From assembly GCA_963748625.1 (NCBI GenBank), contig CAVVJT010000007.1, positions 480,001 to 544,000 of the forward strand: 64,000 nucleotides of DNA, given 5' to 3'. The DNA is from an uncultured Chloroflexia bacterium (GTDB lineage Bacteria > Chloroflexota > Limnocylindria > Limnocylindrales > CSP1-4). Positions within the stretch are counted from its first letter, which is position 1. Every line of letters begins with the position of its first letter. Below are positions 12,748-23,723 of this stretch, one piece after another. The position numbers were made by a program, and so were the translations under genes. Under the pieces are notes generated by a model that was given only the letters and a program-made list of their open reading frames with translations, was not told the DNA's origin and made no database searches.

Positions 12748-15700
12748 TCAAGTTGCGGTGGGCGTTCCGGTACCGGCATCCACCGCATCGCTGATGCGGG
12801 CCAGGCGCACCGCGATCCGGCGTCGCGTCCGCAGGGCCGACCGGTACCGCAGCCACATCGCGAGCGTCACCCCCAGGACGGCGGTGAGCACGAGGGTGAC
12901 AGCGGCGAAGAGCACCGGATCTGCGCGACCCGGGCCGGCAAGGGCTGCGTCGATCAGCTCGAGCCCGGGCGTGTGCGGGCCGATCGTCGTTCCGATGAGC
13001 GCGGCCGTCGTCGTGCCTCCGGGTCCGGAGACGGCCGCGCCCGCCGCGCCAAGGTCTCCCAGCAGCACCATGTCCGCCGGGTCGGTGACCACGAGCACCG
13101 GGCCGCCGCGATCGTCCGGGGTGCCCGTCGCGTTGACCGCGTCGCCCGGCTCGACGAGATCCGCGAGGTCGCCTGCGGCACCTTCGAGCACCACGCGCCC
13201 CGTCGCGGTCCCATCGTCCAGCTCGAACCCGTCGTCAGCGACCACTGTCACCAGACCGCCGACGCGGACGGTGGAGCCGAGGTGCGCGGCGAGGTCGGCG
13301 AGCTCCACATCCTCGGTCGTCGTACTGCTGCTCTCTGTCCCGTCAGGCGGTCCCCCCTCGCCCCCCGGGGCTCCCGATGATCCCGACCCGGCACCGGTCG
13401 CACCGCTGCCCGCCGCCGCGGGCATCGGCGAGGACGATGGGACGGCCGCCCCGAGCGCGATGTCCCCGCCGGACCGGGGGACGATCGCGTATCGCCGGTC
13501 GGTCGCCGTCGGGTACGGCCGCTTCACGATCCCGATCACCGTCGCAGTGCGGCCCTCGACGAGCGCCGTGGACGGGATCGAGCTGCCTGCCAGACCGACG
13601 ACGAGCAGGCGCAAGCCACCCTGCGCGAGCTCCGCCGTCCAGCGATCCCCGTCCTTGTGGACGTCGGTCACGGTCCCGTGGACCTTGACGAGACGCCACT
13701 CGGTCGCGGCACCGGGCGCCACCCGCAGGCTGGACACCACCGGCACTCTCGTCCCGAGCAGCTTGAACACGTCCACTCGCAGGCGCGGCGCGCCCCACGC
13801 CCGTCCGACGACGCCGGTCGCCCGGACACGTGCCCCGGTACGGATGGCGGACGACGGCTTGTCGAGGTAGATCTCGATCGCGCCGCCGGCATCCTCGATG
13901 ACTGCCCGGCGCCCGGACGCGTCCAGCAGGGTGCCGCCCGCGGTGATGGTGCCCTCGATGGTGACCGTGGCGCCATCACGGACCTTCGCGGCGGCAATGG
14001 AGAGATGCGGCGCTGGGGTGGCCTGCGGAGGAGGGCTCGCCGCGGCGGCCGGCGTCGGCGAGGCGGCGGCCACGATGGTCACGTCCGCGCGGTCTCGGAG
14101 CCAGAGGCGATAACCGTCCAAAGCGCCCTTGCGCGACGCCCTCTGGCCGACGATGCCGACCAGGGTTACGGAGGCCCCCTTGCGCAGGGTTGCTGACGGG
14201 ATGTCGGCGGATCCATCCGCGTAGACCCGGAGGGTTGCCCCGCCGGCCGCGGTGATCGTGAGCACGATGTCGCCGCTGGTGGCCTTGGCAGGGGCCGACG
14301 AGATCGTCCCCGAGGTGCGGACGAGGCGGCCCTCGGTGGCTTCACCGGCTGCGGCCACGTCCATGGCCACCTGGGTGGGCGCCTCGGCTGTCCCGACCAC
14401 GACCGGCGCAGCGCGCAGGCGAAGCTCGGTCTGGCCATAGGGCGCCGCGATCACGCCCGTCACTTCGACGAGCGTGCCGCGCGCTGGAGCCCGGTCGCCC
14501 GCGCGAAGCCGGACCGGCAGACCGCCGGTGGCATCGCCGATCGCCAGCAGGGCCGGCGTCCCGAGACGCCCCGCCTCAGCGGTGACGACGCCGCGGACCG
14601 TCACCCGGCCATCAACGGGAATGAGCCTCGCTGCTGCGACACCGGCCGCGAGGGGTGCCGGGGATGCGGTCGGGGCAGGCGTCTGCGATGCCGTGGGTGT
14701 CGCCGTCGGGACCGAGGTCGGCGATGGGCTCGCACTCGGCGACGCACTAGGGCCTGGGGTCGGCGAGGGGCTCGGGCTCACGGTGGGTATCGGGGTAGGC
14801 GGCAGGGTCGGCGTCGGGGTCGGCGTCGGGGTCGGTTCGGGCGGCACCACGGCAACCTCGCCCGGCAGCGTCACATGGACGCGGTAGCCTGCGAGGCCCG
14901 TGCCGCTGCTGTCACGCTGGCCGAGCGGACCGGTCGCGATCACGATCGAGCCGCGTTGGATCTCGGTGGCGCCGAGTGCGCCCGCGCCGGCGATCACCCG
15001 GATCGCCCCTGACCCGTCGTCGAGCGTGATGCCGAGCCCATCCGCGGTGGCCTCCGGGTTCGCGGTCACCGTCCCGCTGACGGACACGCGCGTGCCCTCG
15101 AACCCTTCTCCGGCGCCTCCGGTCGCGACCGTCAAAGGCCCTGGGAGTCCTGCGACACCGATGATGACGACGTCGGACTCGTCTGCGCGAATGACACGCT
15201 GCGCGTACCGGGTCGATGCCGATCCGGCGAGGCGGATGCTGGTTCCGGCGGGGATGGCCGCCACGACGGCCGCGTCGAGGTAGATCGCGATCCCACCCGT
15301 CGAGTCCTGGACGAACGCCATGCGCTTGGACTCGAGCGCGCCGAGATCGGTGGTGAGGACGCCTTCGATGACGACAGGACTGTCATCCGGCAGCAGCCGC
15401 ACATCGGCGACGGCCTGCGCCGGGACGGGGCTGGGCGTCGGGGGCGGGTCCGGCGAAACCGAAGGGGTCGCATCAGGTGTCGGGGTCGGAGCGGGCGTGG
15501 GCTCCGGGCTCGGCTCGGGCGTGACCGACGGCTCCGGGCTCGGCTCGGGCGTGACCGACGGCACCGGGCTCGGCTCGGGGTCGGGACCGACGGTCGCCGA
15601 GCTCGGCTCGGGCGTGACCGACGGCACCGGGGTCGGCTCGGGGGTGGCCGACGGCACCGGGGTCGGCGTCGGCATCGGCGTCGCGTTGAGACCTTCTGCC

Positions 15701-16284
15701 ACGGGAACCGGATTGACCCGGAAGTCCGAGGCGTTGTCGTTCGTGTCCAGCCCGGCCAGGCGCTCGATCGACGACCCGCTCACTGGTGCTGGCGCCGCGA
15801 TGCCTTCGACGAACCCGCTGGTCGCATCGCCCCACCCCACCGCGTCAAGCGGCGACCCACCGACCGGCCGGACCACGATCGCGCCACCCGTGGCCGCGAG
15901 ACCGCCCGAGTACACCGCGTCCGCGAGCGGCGCGAAGACGCCCAGGCTGTTGGCGAGCAGCAGACGCTGTCCCGGCCCGAGCACGATGGGCGTCGTCCAG
16001 CTGGCCTTGCGCGTGACCGTCGCTCCAGACGCGGTCACGTATGCGACCTCGAGACCTGCGAGGTCCACGTCCAGCGGGCCGGCGTTCGCCAGCTCCACGT
16101 ACTCGTCCGAAGCCGAAGCCCCGCCCGTCACCACCTCCTGCACGACAACCCCGACGGAGGGTGGCCACGCGACCGCGCCTGCCAGCGACATCGGCCCGGG
16201 CCGGAGAATCATGCCCGGCGACGGCACGCCGGCCAGCACGAGAAACAGCAACGCGACATATGCCGCCAGCCGGGCGCGCACCAT
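12748..16284 (-). CDS. Surface protein: signal peptide, lamin-tail domain, Pro/Thr linkers, about seven OB-fold-like repeats, C-terminal TM anchor
   Basis: VVVQEVVTGGASASDEYVELANAG...DTNDNASDF (LTD); repeated strands such as FVQDSTGGIAIY, ITLDDGSGAIRV, VIEDAGGAIEIY; TM helix then Arg-rich tail. Confidence 0.85.
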   Translation of the reverse strand: MVRARLAAYVALLFLVLAGVPSPGMILRPGPMSLAGAVAWPPSVGVVVQEVVTGGASASDEYVELANAGPLDVDLAGLEVAYVTASGATVTRKASWTTPIVLGPGQRLLLANSLGVFAPLADAVYSGGLAATGGAIVVRPVGGSPLDAVGWGDATSGFVEGIAAPAPVSGSSIERLAGLDTNDNASDFRVNPVPVAEGLNATPMPTPTPVPSATPEPTPVPSVTPEPSSATVGPDPEPSPVPSVTPEPSPEPSVTPEPSPEPTPAPTPTPDATPSVSPDPPPTPSPVPAQAVADVRLLPDDSPVVIEGVLTTDLGALESKRMAFVQDSTGGIAIYLDAAVVAAIPAGTSIRLAGSASTRYAQRVIRADESDVVIIGVAGLPGPLTVATGGAGEGFEGTRVSVSGTVTANPEATADGLGITLDDGSGAIRVIAGAGALGATEIQRGSIVIATGPLGQRDSSGTGLAGYRVHVTLPGEVAVVPPEPTPTPTPTPTLPPTPIPTVSPSPSPTPGPSASPSASPSPTSVPTATPTASQTPAPTASPAPLAAGVAAARLIPVDGRVTVRGVVTAEAGRLGTPALLAIGDATGGLPVRLRAGDRAPARGTLVEVTGVIAAPYGQTELRLRAAPVVVGTAEAPTQVAMDVAAAGEATEGRLVRTSGTISSAPAKATSGDIVLTITAAGGATLRVYADGSADIPSATLRKGASVTLVGIVGQRASRKGALDGYRLWLRDRADVTIVAAASPTPAAAASPPPQATPAPHLSIAAAKVRDGATVTIEGTITAGGTLLDASGRRAVIEDAGGAIEIYLDKPSSAIRTGARVRATGVVGRAWGAPRLRVDVFKLLGTRVPVVSSLRVAPGAATEWRLVKVHGTVTDVHKDGDRWTAELAQGGLRLLVVGLAGSSIPSTALVEGRTATVIGIVKRPYPTATDRRYAIVPRSGGDIALGAAVPSSSPMPAAAGSGATGAGSGSSGAPGGEGGPPDGTESSSTTTEDVELADLAAHLGSTVRVGGLVTVVADDGFELDDGTATGRVVLEGAAGDLADLVEPGDAVNATGTPDDRGGPVLVVTDPADMVLLGDLGAAGAAVSGPGGTTTAALIGTTIGPHTPGLELIDAALAGPGRADPVLFAAVTLVLTAVLGVTLAMWLRYRSALRTRRRIAVRLARISDAVDAGTGTPTAT

Positions 16285-16473
16285 CGAGGACCTCCGGGCG
16301 GGTGTTCGGGCGGCGGGAGTCGACAGTGTGGTCCGCGCAACTTATGCGCCACTTACGCACCACGCATCCCCCGCTGCATCGAGCGCCTGACGCGCGCGCC
16401 GCCCTCGCGGCGCTGACCCGGTACCATGCAGGCCGCCGCCCGTCGCGGCACCGTTTCCCGACAGGAGGACCTC

Positions 16474-17241
16474 GTGGCCCGCGCCAAGCGCACCGACCGC
16501 ACCGACGCCCGCCGCCGCCGCCGCGCGGAGCAGGCCGCGCTGACCGGGGAGACGGAGACGATCGAGGAGACGACCGCCAAGCCCGGCTCCACGTCGGCCA
16601 CCAAGGCGAAGCCGGCCTCGGGCCAGCGCCCCGGTTTCACGGCCCTGATGAAGCAGGCGTACCGCCCGCCCCAGATCATCGATGACCTCAAGGCGCTCCC
16701 GCTCGTGCTCATCAACCCGGGCTTCCTCCTCGCCTCGGCCGGCTCCATCGCCATCGCCGTCTGGTTCGTGCTCTCGTACAACACGGCCGTCAGCGCGGTG
16801 CCGATCGGCGATGCCGAGGGCCTAGCCGCGGTGTCGAACTCGTATCAGATTCCCGCGATGCTCATGGGCATGGTGATCTCACCGCCACCCGCGGTCGGCG
16901 CGTTCCTGATCGGCTTCATGGCCAAGCGCGCATCCTGGCTGGGCGGCCTCATCTACGGGATCCTCTGCACGATCATCGTGATCCTCGTGCTCCAGCAGCC
17001 CGCTGGCCGCCTGTTCACGGGCGACGCCTCTGCGGAGTCGTTCATCGCGAGCACCGCCGCCTGGTCTCCGGTTGGTGCCGCGCTCTTCGCCGCCGCCGCC
17101 GCCTGGTACAAGCGGTTCCTGAACCTCTCGAACCCGAGCCGCGCGGCCGCCCAGCGCGAGCGCGACCAGCAGGGCAAGCAGCAGAAGCCGCAGGGCCGCG
17201 GCGACGTGAAGCCGAACCACCGCTCGACCTCACCTCGCTGA
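16474..17241 (+). CDS. Hypothetical membrane protein
   Basis: RBS aggagg before GTG 16474; about four TM helices. Confidence 0.8.
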   Translation: MARAKRTDRTDARRRRRAEQAALTGETETIEETTAKPGSTSATKAKPASGQRPGFTALMKQAYRPPQIIDDLKALPLVLINPGFLLASAGSIAIAVWFVLSYNTAVSAVPIGDAEGLAAVSNSYQIPAMLMGMVISPPPAVGAFLIGFMAKRASWLGGLIYGILCTIIVILVLQQPAGRLFTGDASAESFIASTAAWSPVGAALFAAAAAWYKRFLNLSNPSRAAAQRERDQQGKQQKPQGRGDVKPNHRSTSPR

Positions 17242-17261
17242 CCGGGCACTCCCCGCCCATC

Positions 17262-17294
17262 GAACGCCCGGCTCCGGCCGGGCGTTCTGCGTTT
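17262..17294 (+). terminator. Intrinsic terminator
   Basis: gaacgcccggc-tccg-gccgggcgttc then tgcgttt. Confidence 0.65.
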
Positions 17295-17360
17295 CCGGCG
17301 AACGTTCGGCGCCTCCGGCCAATCCACCTGCCCGCCGGGCGCGAAGTGGAGGCAAGACAG

Positions 17361-17437
17361 GTGTCTCGCCCCGGAGTCGGCGATCCCGTGACGGAAGCTC
17401 GGGCCGGACCGGGATTGCCGCCCTCGGGGCAAGGCAC
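17361..17437. repeat. Imperfect palindrome with a 28-bp stem
   Basis: gtgtctcgccccggagtcggcgatcccg pairs with cgggattgccgccctcggggcaaggcac (22 Watson-Crick, 3 G-T, 3 mismatches). Confidence 0.7.
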
Positions 17438-17547
17438 GGTCGATCTGGCGGCACGGAGCCTCCTCCCTCTCCCTCCGTGCCGCCTGCTCCTCCCTCCCCT
17501 GCGGTGACCGCCTCCACGGTCCCGCACGCCCTCGACCCCCCACCCCG

Positions 17548-20500
17548 TCAGCGCAGGCGGCGCATCCCGGCCTGCCCCATCTGGCGCACGCCCGACGGTG
17601 ACTCGGGCCCGCCCGCCGCCGACGCCACCTCCACCAGCGGCCGCACATCGCGGGCGATCACATTGACCACCTCGCCCTCACGCTGGAGATCCCCCTCCAC
17701 CAGCAGCAGCGCATGCCGGCGCACCACCGAGCGCAGCCGCGCCCACGTGTCCGGCCAGAGCGTGACGTTGACCATCCCGCTCTCATCCTCGAGCGCGAGG
17801 AACACCGTTCCCTTCGCCGTCATCGGATGCTGGCGCGTGACCACCAGCCCGCCGATCTTCACCTTCCCGGGCCGTCGCCCCGCCAGGGCCGCATTCGGCA
17901 GCGCTCCCAGCCGATCCAGTGCCGGCCGGAACAGGGCCACCGCCTGGTGCCGGGCGTCCAGCCCCACCACCGCGTAGGCGTCGCCCAGGCGCTCGGGCTC
18001 CGTGAGCGGCGGCAGGTCGGGCGCCTCCGTCGCCGGCAGGCGCAGGTCCATCGGCCGGCCGGCGGCCTTGCCTCGCCCCCTGCCCCGCACGGTCCGCCCG
18101 TCCACGCGACCCTTCGATGCCCCGGCCACCTCGCGCAGCTGCCAGAGCAGCTCGCGCCTCGGCCGGCCCAGGGAGTCCAGTGCCCCCGCCCGGATGAGCC
18201 GCTCGACCACCTCCTCCGACAGCCCCGTCCGCTCGACGACGTCGGCGAGGCCCGTGTACGGGCCACGCGCCAGCTCCGCGTCCAGCCGCGCATGCTCCGC
18301 CTCGCCGATCCCCTTGACCAGGTGCAGCCCCAGGCGGATCCCCCAGCCCGGCATCGACTCCGCCGCCCAGCGCCGCCGTGAGGCCGCCACCGGGATCACG
18401 CACGCGGGTGAGCGCACGGGTCGCGGGTACGCGTCGATCCCGGTGTCATCGGGCAGCGGTTCGCCCGCATCGGCGTCGTGCGAGCCGTCGTCGCCCGCCT
18501 CCTCTGCCAGCGCCCAGCCGGGCCGGCCCACCCATTCGGTCGTGGTCCGCCACGCGGAGCGGTTGATGTCCACCGGCAGGACGGCGACGCCGTGGCGCTT
18601 CGCGTCGTTGACGAGCACCTCCACCGGGTAGAAGCCCATCGGCTGGGCATTGATGAGGCCGACGGTGAACTGGGCCGGATAGAAGAGCTTGAGGAACGCC
18701 GACTCGTAGGCGGTCCGCGCGAATGCTGCGGCGTGGCTCTTGGCGAAGCCGAAGGACGCGAACCCGGCCACCCGCCGGAACAGCTCCTCCGCGTCGTCTG
18801 CCGGCATGCCCTGCACGCGCGCGCAGCCGCCGACGAACTCGTCGTGGAGCTTGTCCATCTCGCGCTTGCTGCGGTACGTGCCCATCGCCCGCCGGAACGC
18901 GTCCGACCCCGCCGGGGTGAAGCCCGCCACGTCGATGGCGATCCGCATCACCTGCTCCTGGTACAGGATCACGCCCAGGGTGTCGTGGAGGATGGGCTCC
19001 AAGGATGGGTGCAGGTACTCCACGGGCTCCAGGCCCTGCTTGCGGCGCAGGTACGGGTGGACGGCGTTGCCCTGGATGGGGCCGGGCCGAATGATCGCGA
19101 CCTCCACCACGAGGTCGTCCAGGCTCTCCGGTCTCGACTTCGGCAGGGTCTGCATCTGGGCCCGGCTCTCCACCTGGAACACGCCGACGGTGTCGGCCGC
19201 CTGGAGCATCGTGAAGACCTCGGGAATCTCCTCGGGGATCCGGTCGAGGTCAAGGCAGACCGCGCAGTCGTGCTCCACGAGCTGGACGGTCTCGTCGATG
19301 GCCGCCAGCATCCCGAGGCCCAGCAGGTCCAGCTTGATGAGCTTCATCGTCTCGACGTCGCGCTTGTCGTACTGGACGACGACCCGATCCTTCATGGTGG
19401 CCCGCTCGATGGGCGCGATGTCGATGAGGGGAGCCGCTGTCACCAGCATGCCGCCGGTGTGGATGGAGAGGTGGCGCGGGAAGCCGTCGATGCGGGCGCA
19501 CAGCTCCAGCCAGCGCTCCCAGTCCGACAGGCCCACGAGCGAGCCCTGGTGGCGGCCGTCCGATGCAGCCGGCTCGGGCGGGTCGAGGCGGGCGACGGAG
19601 CTGCGCGCGGCGTCGAGGCGCTGCGCCGCCTCCCGGTAGGGGGCCCAGCCATCGGTGGCCGCTCCACCCGTCCCGCGACCCGCCCGCAGCCAGGCGACGC
19701 TCGCGGGTGTGTCGCCCGGGCCGCCCTCGTCGTCCCCCCGTCCCCCGGATCGGATCGCCGGCGCCGACCCGGGCGCCCCGTCCCATGTCCCGTTTCCGGG
19801 CTCGTCGTCCCCCCGCCGGGCCATCCGCCCGTTCCCATGCTCGCCCGAGCCGTCGCTCCCGAGCCGCCCGCCCCGTGCATGGTTCAGCTGCCCCATGGGG
19901 TCCACGAGCCCGCGCTCCGCTGCCCGGGAGGCCGCTCCCGCCATCGCGATCTCCGCCGTCAGCCGCCGCGAGCCCCGGACCGCGTCCCCCGCGAGTCCTC
20001 CCGTGAGATCGGGCGCCTCCTCGCCCGGCCGCGCGAAGAACCGCGCGAACCCGCCCTCCGCCTCGAGATCGCGCCGCACCATGACGCTGTCGTACGTCTC
20101 GAGCGCCTTCGCCACCCGGTCCACCAGCGGGCGCGGGAACCCCAGCGCGTACCCGACCTCCCGCACCGCCGACCGCGCCCGGTACGTCACCAGGTTGCAG
20201 ACCATCCCGGTGTGCTCCTGGCCGTACCGGTTGTACACGTACTGGATGACCTCCTCGCGACGCTCGCTGGAGAAGTCGATGTCCACGTCCGGGTATGCCG
20301 TCCGCCCCTCGTTGATGAACCGCTCGAACAGCAGCTCGTGACGGATCGGATCCACCCGGGTGATCCCCAGCACATACGCCACGATCGAATCCGCCGCGCT
20401 CCCTCGCCCCTGGGCCGGGATGCCCCGCGACTTCGCGAACCGCATCAGGTCCCAGCAGATCAGGAAGAACTCGGCGAGACCGGTCTTCTCGATCACCTCC

Positions 20501-21715
20501 AGCTCGTGCGCGAGCTGCGAGACGACCGCGGGGGTGAGCGGGTGGTACCGGCGGCGGGCGCCCTGCCAGCACAGCTCGGAGAGGTGGCTGAACGGCGTCT
20601 CGCCCTTGGGCACCGGGAAGCCCGGGAACCGGTAGCGCTCGAAGGAGAGCTCGACGCGACAGGCGGCCGCGATCTCCACCGACGCCGCGATGCCCTCCCG
20701 CCACGCCCGCGCCAGGACCGGGTCCGCCGCGCCCGTGGCGTCCTCGCCCGGGGGCATCGCCAGCAGGTCGCCGGCACCCTTGAGGTACGACTCCCCGTCG
20801 GGCCGGCGCAGGTCCGCCAGCTCCCCGAGGGACCGTCCGTGGCGGATGGCCGTGAGCACGTCCGCCGAGCTCCCGGTCGTGCGGGAGCGCGTAGTGGACG
20901 TCGTTGGTGACCACCACCGGCAGCGACAGCGCATCGGCCAGCCGCGCGGTCTCCGACGCCATCCAGTCGTCGTCGGGCAGCAGATGGTGGGCCAGCTCGA
21001 GCACGAACCCCGAGCGTGCGGCCGAATCCCCCGCGCCGAACAGGCGTCCGTACCGCTCCGCCGCCGCGCGAGCTCCCTCGCGGTCGCCTGCCCGCAGGCG
21101 TCGCGCGATCTCGCCGTGCCGGCAGCCCGACAGCGCGACCAGTCCCTCCGCGTTCGCCTGGAGCAGGTCGTGGGTGAACCGCGGTACCGCCTTCGACCCT
21201 GCGAGGTTCGCCCGCGACACCATGCGGCACAGGCTCCGCCAGCCCGTGGCATCCCTGGCCAGGAGCACCAGGTGCGGCCCGCGCTGGTCCTCGCCGATGC
21301 CGCGCAGGTCCTCCTTGACCTCACGCCGGTGGCCGGGCAGGCGGGCGCGCAGCGGCCGGGGGCGCTCGGGCCGACCCTCGACGACGACGGGTGCCTCCTC
21401 GACGCGGGGCGGCCGCCGCCCGGGGCGCCAGGTCCGTCGTGCGGGCACGACGATCGCGCCGGGGTCCGGCACCGCCGCATCGAGCAACTCGATCTCGATC
21501 CCGATCACCGGGTGCAGCCCCGCCTCGCGGGCGGCGTTCGCGAACCGGACCGCGCCGTAGAGGCCCTGGTGGTCGGTGACCGCGAGTCCGGTCAGGCCCA
21601 GCTCGACGGCGCGGGCGACCAGCTCATCGGGCGCGGAGGCGCCGTCGAGGAATGAGAAGTGGGAGTGGCAGTGGAGCTCGGCGTAGGCAGGCGCGGTGGT
21701 GGTTGAGGTGGCCAC
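17548..21715 (-). CDS. dnaE2: Error-prone DNA polymerase III alpha (DnaE2/ImuC); one apparent +1 frameshift near 20867; start approximate
   Basis: PHP domain YAELHCHSHFSFLDGAS...TNDVHY in one frame; QGRGSAADS, YPDVDIDF, GFPRHLSIHTGG, KLDLLGLGML, FGFAKSHAAAF, RQHPMTAKG in the next. Confidence 0.92.
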
Positions 21716-21755
21716 GGGCAATGTCCTGGATGTCCCGGGGGCGGGCCCGGAGTCT

Positions 21756-21769
21756 AGAACATCTGTTCT
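21756..21769. promoter_or_regulatory. LexA (SOS) box upstream of dnaE2
   Basis: AGAACatctGTTCT abutting a minus-strand -10 TAGACT (21751-21756). Confidence 0.85.
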
Positions 21770-21782
21770 GTTTATGCCAGCC

Positions 21783-22454
21783 CTATGCGGGTTCGACCAC
21801 CACCTGGAGGAGCGATGCGAGGACGGCGTCCGCGCCCGCGTCGGCCAGGTCCACGTCCGCCCGCTCGGGGATGCCCACGGCGAACATGCCCGCCGCCTTC
21901 GCGGCCTGCACGCCCATCGGCGAATCCTCGAACGCGATGGCGTCCCGAGGGTCCACGCCGAGCAGGCGGCAGGCCTCGAGGTACACGTCGGGCTCAGGCT
22001 TCGTGCTGCCGATGTCGATCCCGGATGCGACCAGGTCGAGCACCCCGAGCCCCACGGCATCGAGCGCCCGGCGCACGAGGTCGCCGGACGTGTTCGAGGC
22101 GACCGCCATCGGCAGCCGGCCCGCCAGGGCTTCCACCAGCTCCCTGGCGCCGGCGTGGAACGGCGCACCTGACCGGTAGTGGGCGAGCATGATCTCGCCG
22201 ATCTCGCGCTCGATGTCGGCCGGTGGCAGGCCCAGGCGCTCCCCGTAGATGGCAGCCGTGTCCACGAGCGCCCGCCCGTGCGAGGCGATCATGTCGGCCT
22301 CGGAGAAGATGTCGCCGTGGCGCGCGAGCAGCTCCCGTTCGGCGTCGTGCCACATGGGCTCCGTGTCGAGCAGCAGGCCGTCCATGTCGAACACGACCGC
22401 CCGGAACCGGCCGGGCAGGACGAGCGTGGCGGTGTCGGACGGCAGGGTGGTCAC
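21783..22454 (-). CDS. HAD-superfamily phosphatase
   Basis: FDMDGLLLDTE, ASN, KPEPDVY, FEDSPMG. Confidence 0.92.
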   Translation of the reverse strand: MTTLPSDTATLVLPGRFRAVVFDMDGLLLDTEPMWHDAERELLARHGDIFSEADMIASHGRALVDTAAIYGERLGLPPADIEREIGEIMLAHYRSGAPFHAGARELVEALAGRLPMAVASNTSGDLVRRALDAVGLGVLDLVASGIDIGSTKPEPDVYLEACRLLGVDPRDAIAFEDSPMGVQAAKAAGMFAVGIPERADVDLADAGADAVLASLLQVVVEPA

Positions 22455-22555
22455 GTGAGCCTCGCGTGGGGGTGGCCAATTGTAGTGCGCGGGCTCGCGC
22501 CGGGCGGGAACTTCCAGGCGCCGGGACGCAACTGGAGCGGCATGTCCGGCGTCTC

Positions 22556-22690
22556 ATGGCTGTGATCGCCAACCTGCGCCATCCGACCCGGACACCCGCG
22601 CTCGAGCTCCTCCTGCGAGTGCTCGCGGCCGTGCTGACGGGGGCGACGATCATGGGCCTGCTTCCGGCGCTGCTGGAGTTGGCCGCGTAA
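22556..22690 (+). CDS. Small single-TM peptide (44 aa)
   Basis: MAVIANLRHPTRTPALELLLRVLAAVLTGATIMGLLPALLELAA; GCAAC-N17-CGTC just upstream; hairpin downstream. Confidence 0.5.
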   Translation: MAVIANLRHPTRTPALELLLRVLAAVLTGATIMGLLPALLELAA

Positions 22691-22761
22691 CACACCGGCG
22701 GCGGTCATCGCAATCGGCGACCGCCGACCTGGTCCCGGGCCGTGGGCAGCCCGGAGACCCC

Positions 22762-22797
22762 GAGGACCCTCGCCGCATGAGGCGGCGGGGGTCCTCT
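22762..22797 (+). terminator. Hairpin after the small peptide gene
   Basis: gaggaccctcgccgc...gcggcgggggtcctc. Confidence 0.55.
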
Positions 22798-22860
22798 GCT
22801 GTCCGGGGGCCGCCGTGATGCCCGGAGCCACCACGATGTCCGGGGGCTACCATGCGCACG

Positions 22861-23443
22861 ATGCCCGTCCAGTTCCTCCGCCTGCTGCTCGCCGGCCTGC
22901 TCGTGGTCTCGGTGGCCGCCTGCCTCTACGACCCGCCCCCGTCGGTGACGGTTCCCGCCGCGGGCACGCCGGTCCCGTCGACCCCGTCCACGGGTCCAGC
23001 GACAACGTCCGGTGCGACGGCGCCCGTGGACCCCACACCCGTCCCGGTCCCCGACACGCCCGAGCCCACCGAGGAGCCCGAGCCCCTCCCAACCCAGGTG
23101 GGCGTGACCGACACCCCCTGGGGAGCGATCCTCGACGAGATCCCCGGCGAGTGGCCCGTGTTCCCCGGCGCCGAACCGGTCGAATCGGATGAGGGGCCCG
23201 CCAGCGGCGCCTGGCTCGCGCCCGACGGGGTGGACCCGGTTGCCCGCTGGTACCGCGACACGCTCGAGGCGGCTGGGTTCACGATCGACAACCTGTCGTC
23301 GCCGCTGGAGGACGGGACCCGTATCCTCGACATCGTGACGGACCTGCCCGAGTGCCGGATCCAGGTCACCTTCCGGCCCGCCGGAGGAGTCGACGATGAT
23401 CACGGTGCTGTACGGTGCGGGTTGCGCCGGCGGCGACGGCTGA
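22861..23443 (+). CDS. Lipoprotein, with an apparent +1 frameshift near 23386
   Basis: Lipobox VAAC and Pro/Thr linker; removing one base gives the C-terminus CRIQVTFRPAGESTMITVLYGAGCAGGDG*. Confidence 0.7.
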
Positions 23444-23481
23444 ACGACGCACGGATCGAAGGTCGAAGGAGGTCTCGCGGG

Positions 23482-23580
23482 ATGGAGCCCAAGACGCGCG
23501 ACGTCGTGAGCGCGGGCGTGCTGGCCCTGGTGCTGATGGTGGCGGTCGTCCTGCTCGTGTGGGCCGCGATCCCGGCCTGA
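23482..23580 (+). CDS. Small single-TM peptide (32 aa)
   Basis: RBS aaggagg; MEPKTRDVVSAGVLALVLMVAVVLLVWAAIPA. Confidence 0.65.
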   Translation: MEPKTRDVVSAGVLALVLMVAVVLLVWAAIPA

Positions 23581-23723
23581 TCCCGACGCGGGTGCGCGGT
23601 CGGCCCGCGGATCGGCCCGCGGAGGTGCGGGCCGGCGCAACATCTGGCGCGTATCGGGCGTCATGGGAACGACGACCGGGTGGACCGGTCACGTGACCCT
23701 TCAGTGGGGGATTGCTGACAGCG

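Noticed and set aside
15425-15680. Tandem DNA repeats as a mobile or regulatory element
   Set aside because: They encode the PSVTPEP linker of the surface protein.
19525-20035. Intein in DnaE2
   Set aside because: The insert is low-complexity and lacks the N-terminal Cys/Ser block, the His-Asn end and LAGLIDADG motifs.
22852-23580. Lipoprotein with a C-terminal TM anchor as a single ORF
   Set aside because: Better explained by a +1 error near 23386 plus a separate 32-aa gene with its own AAGGAGG RBS.
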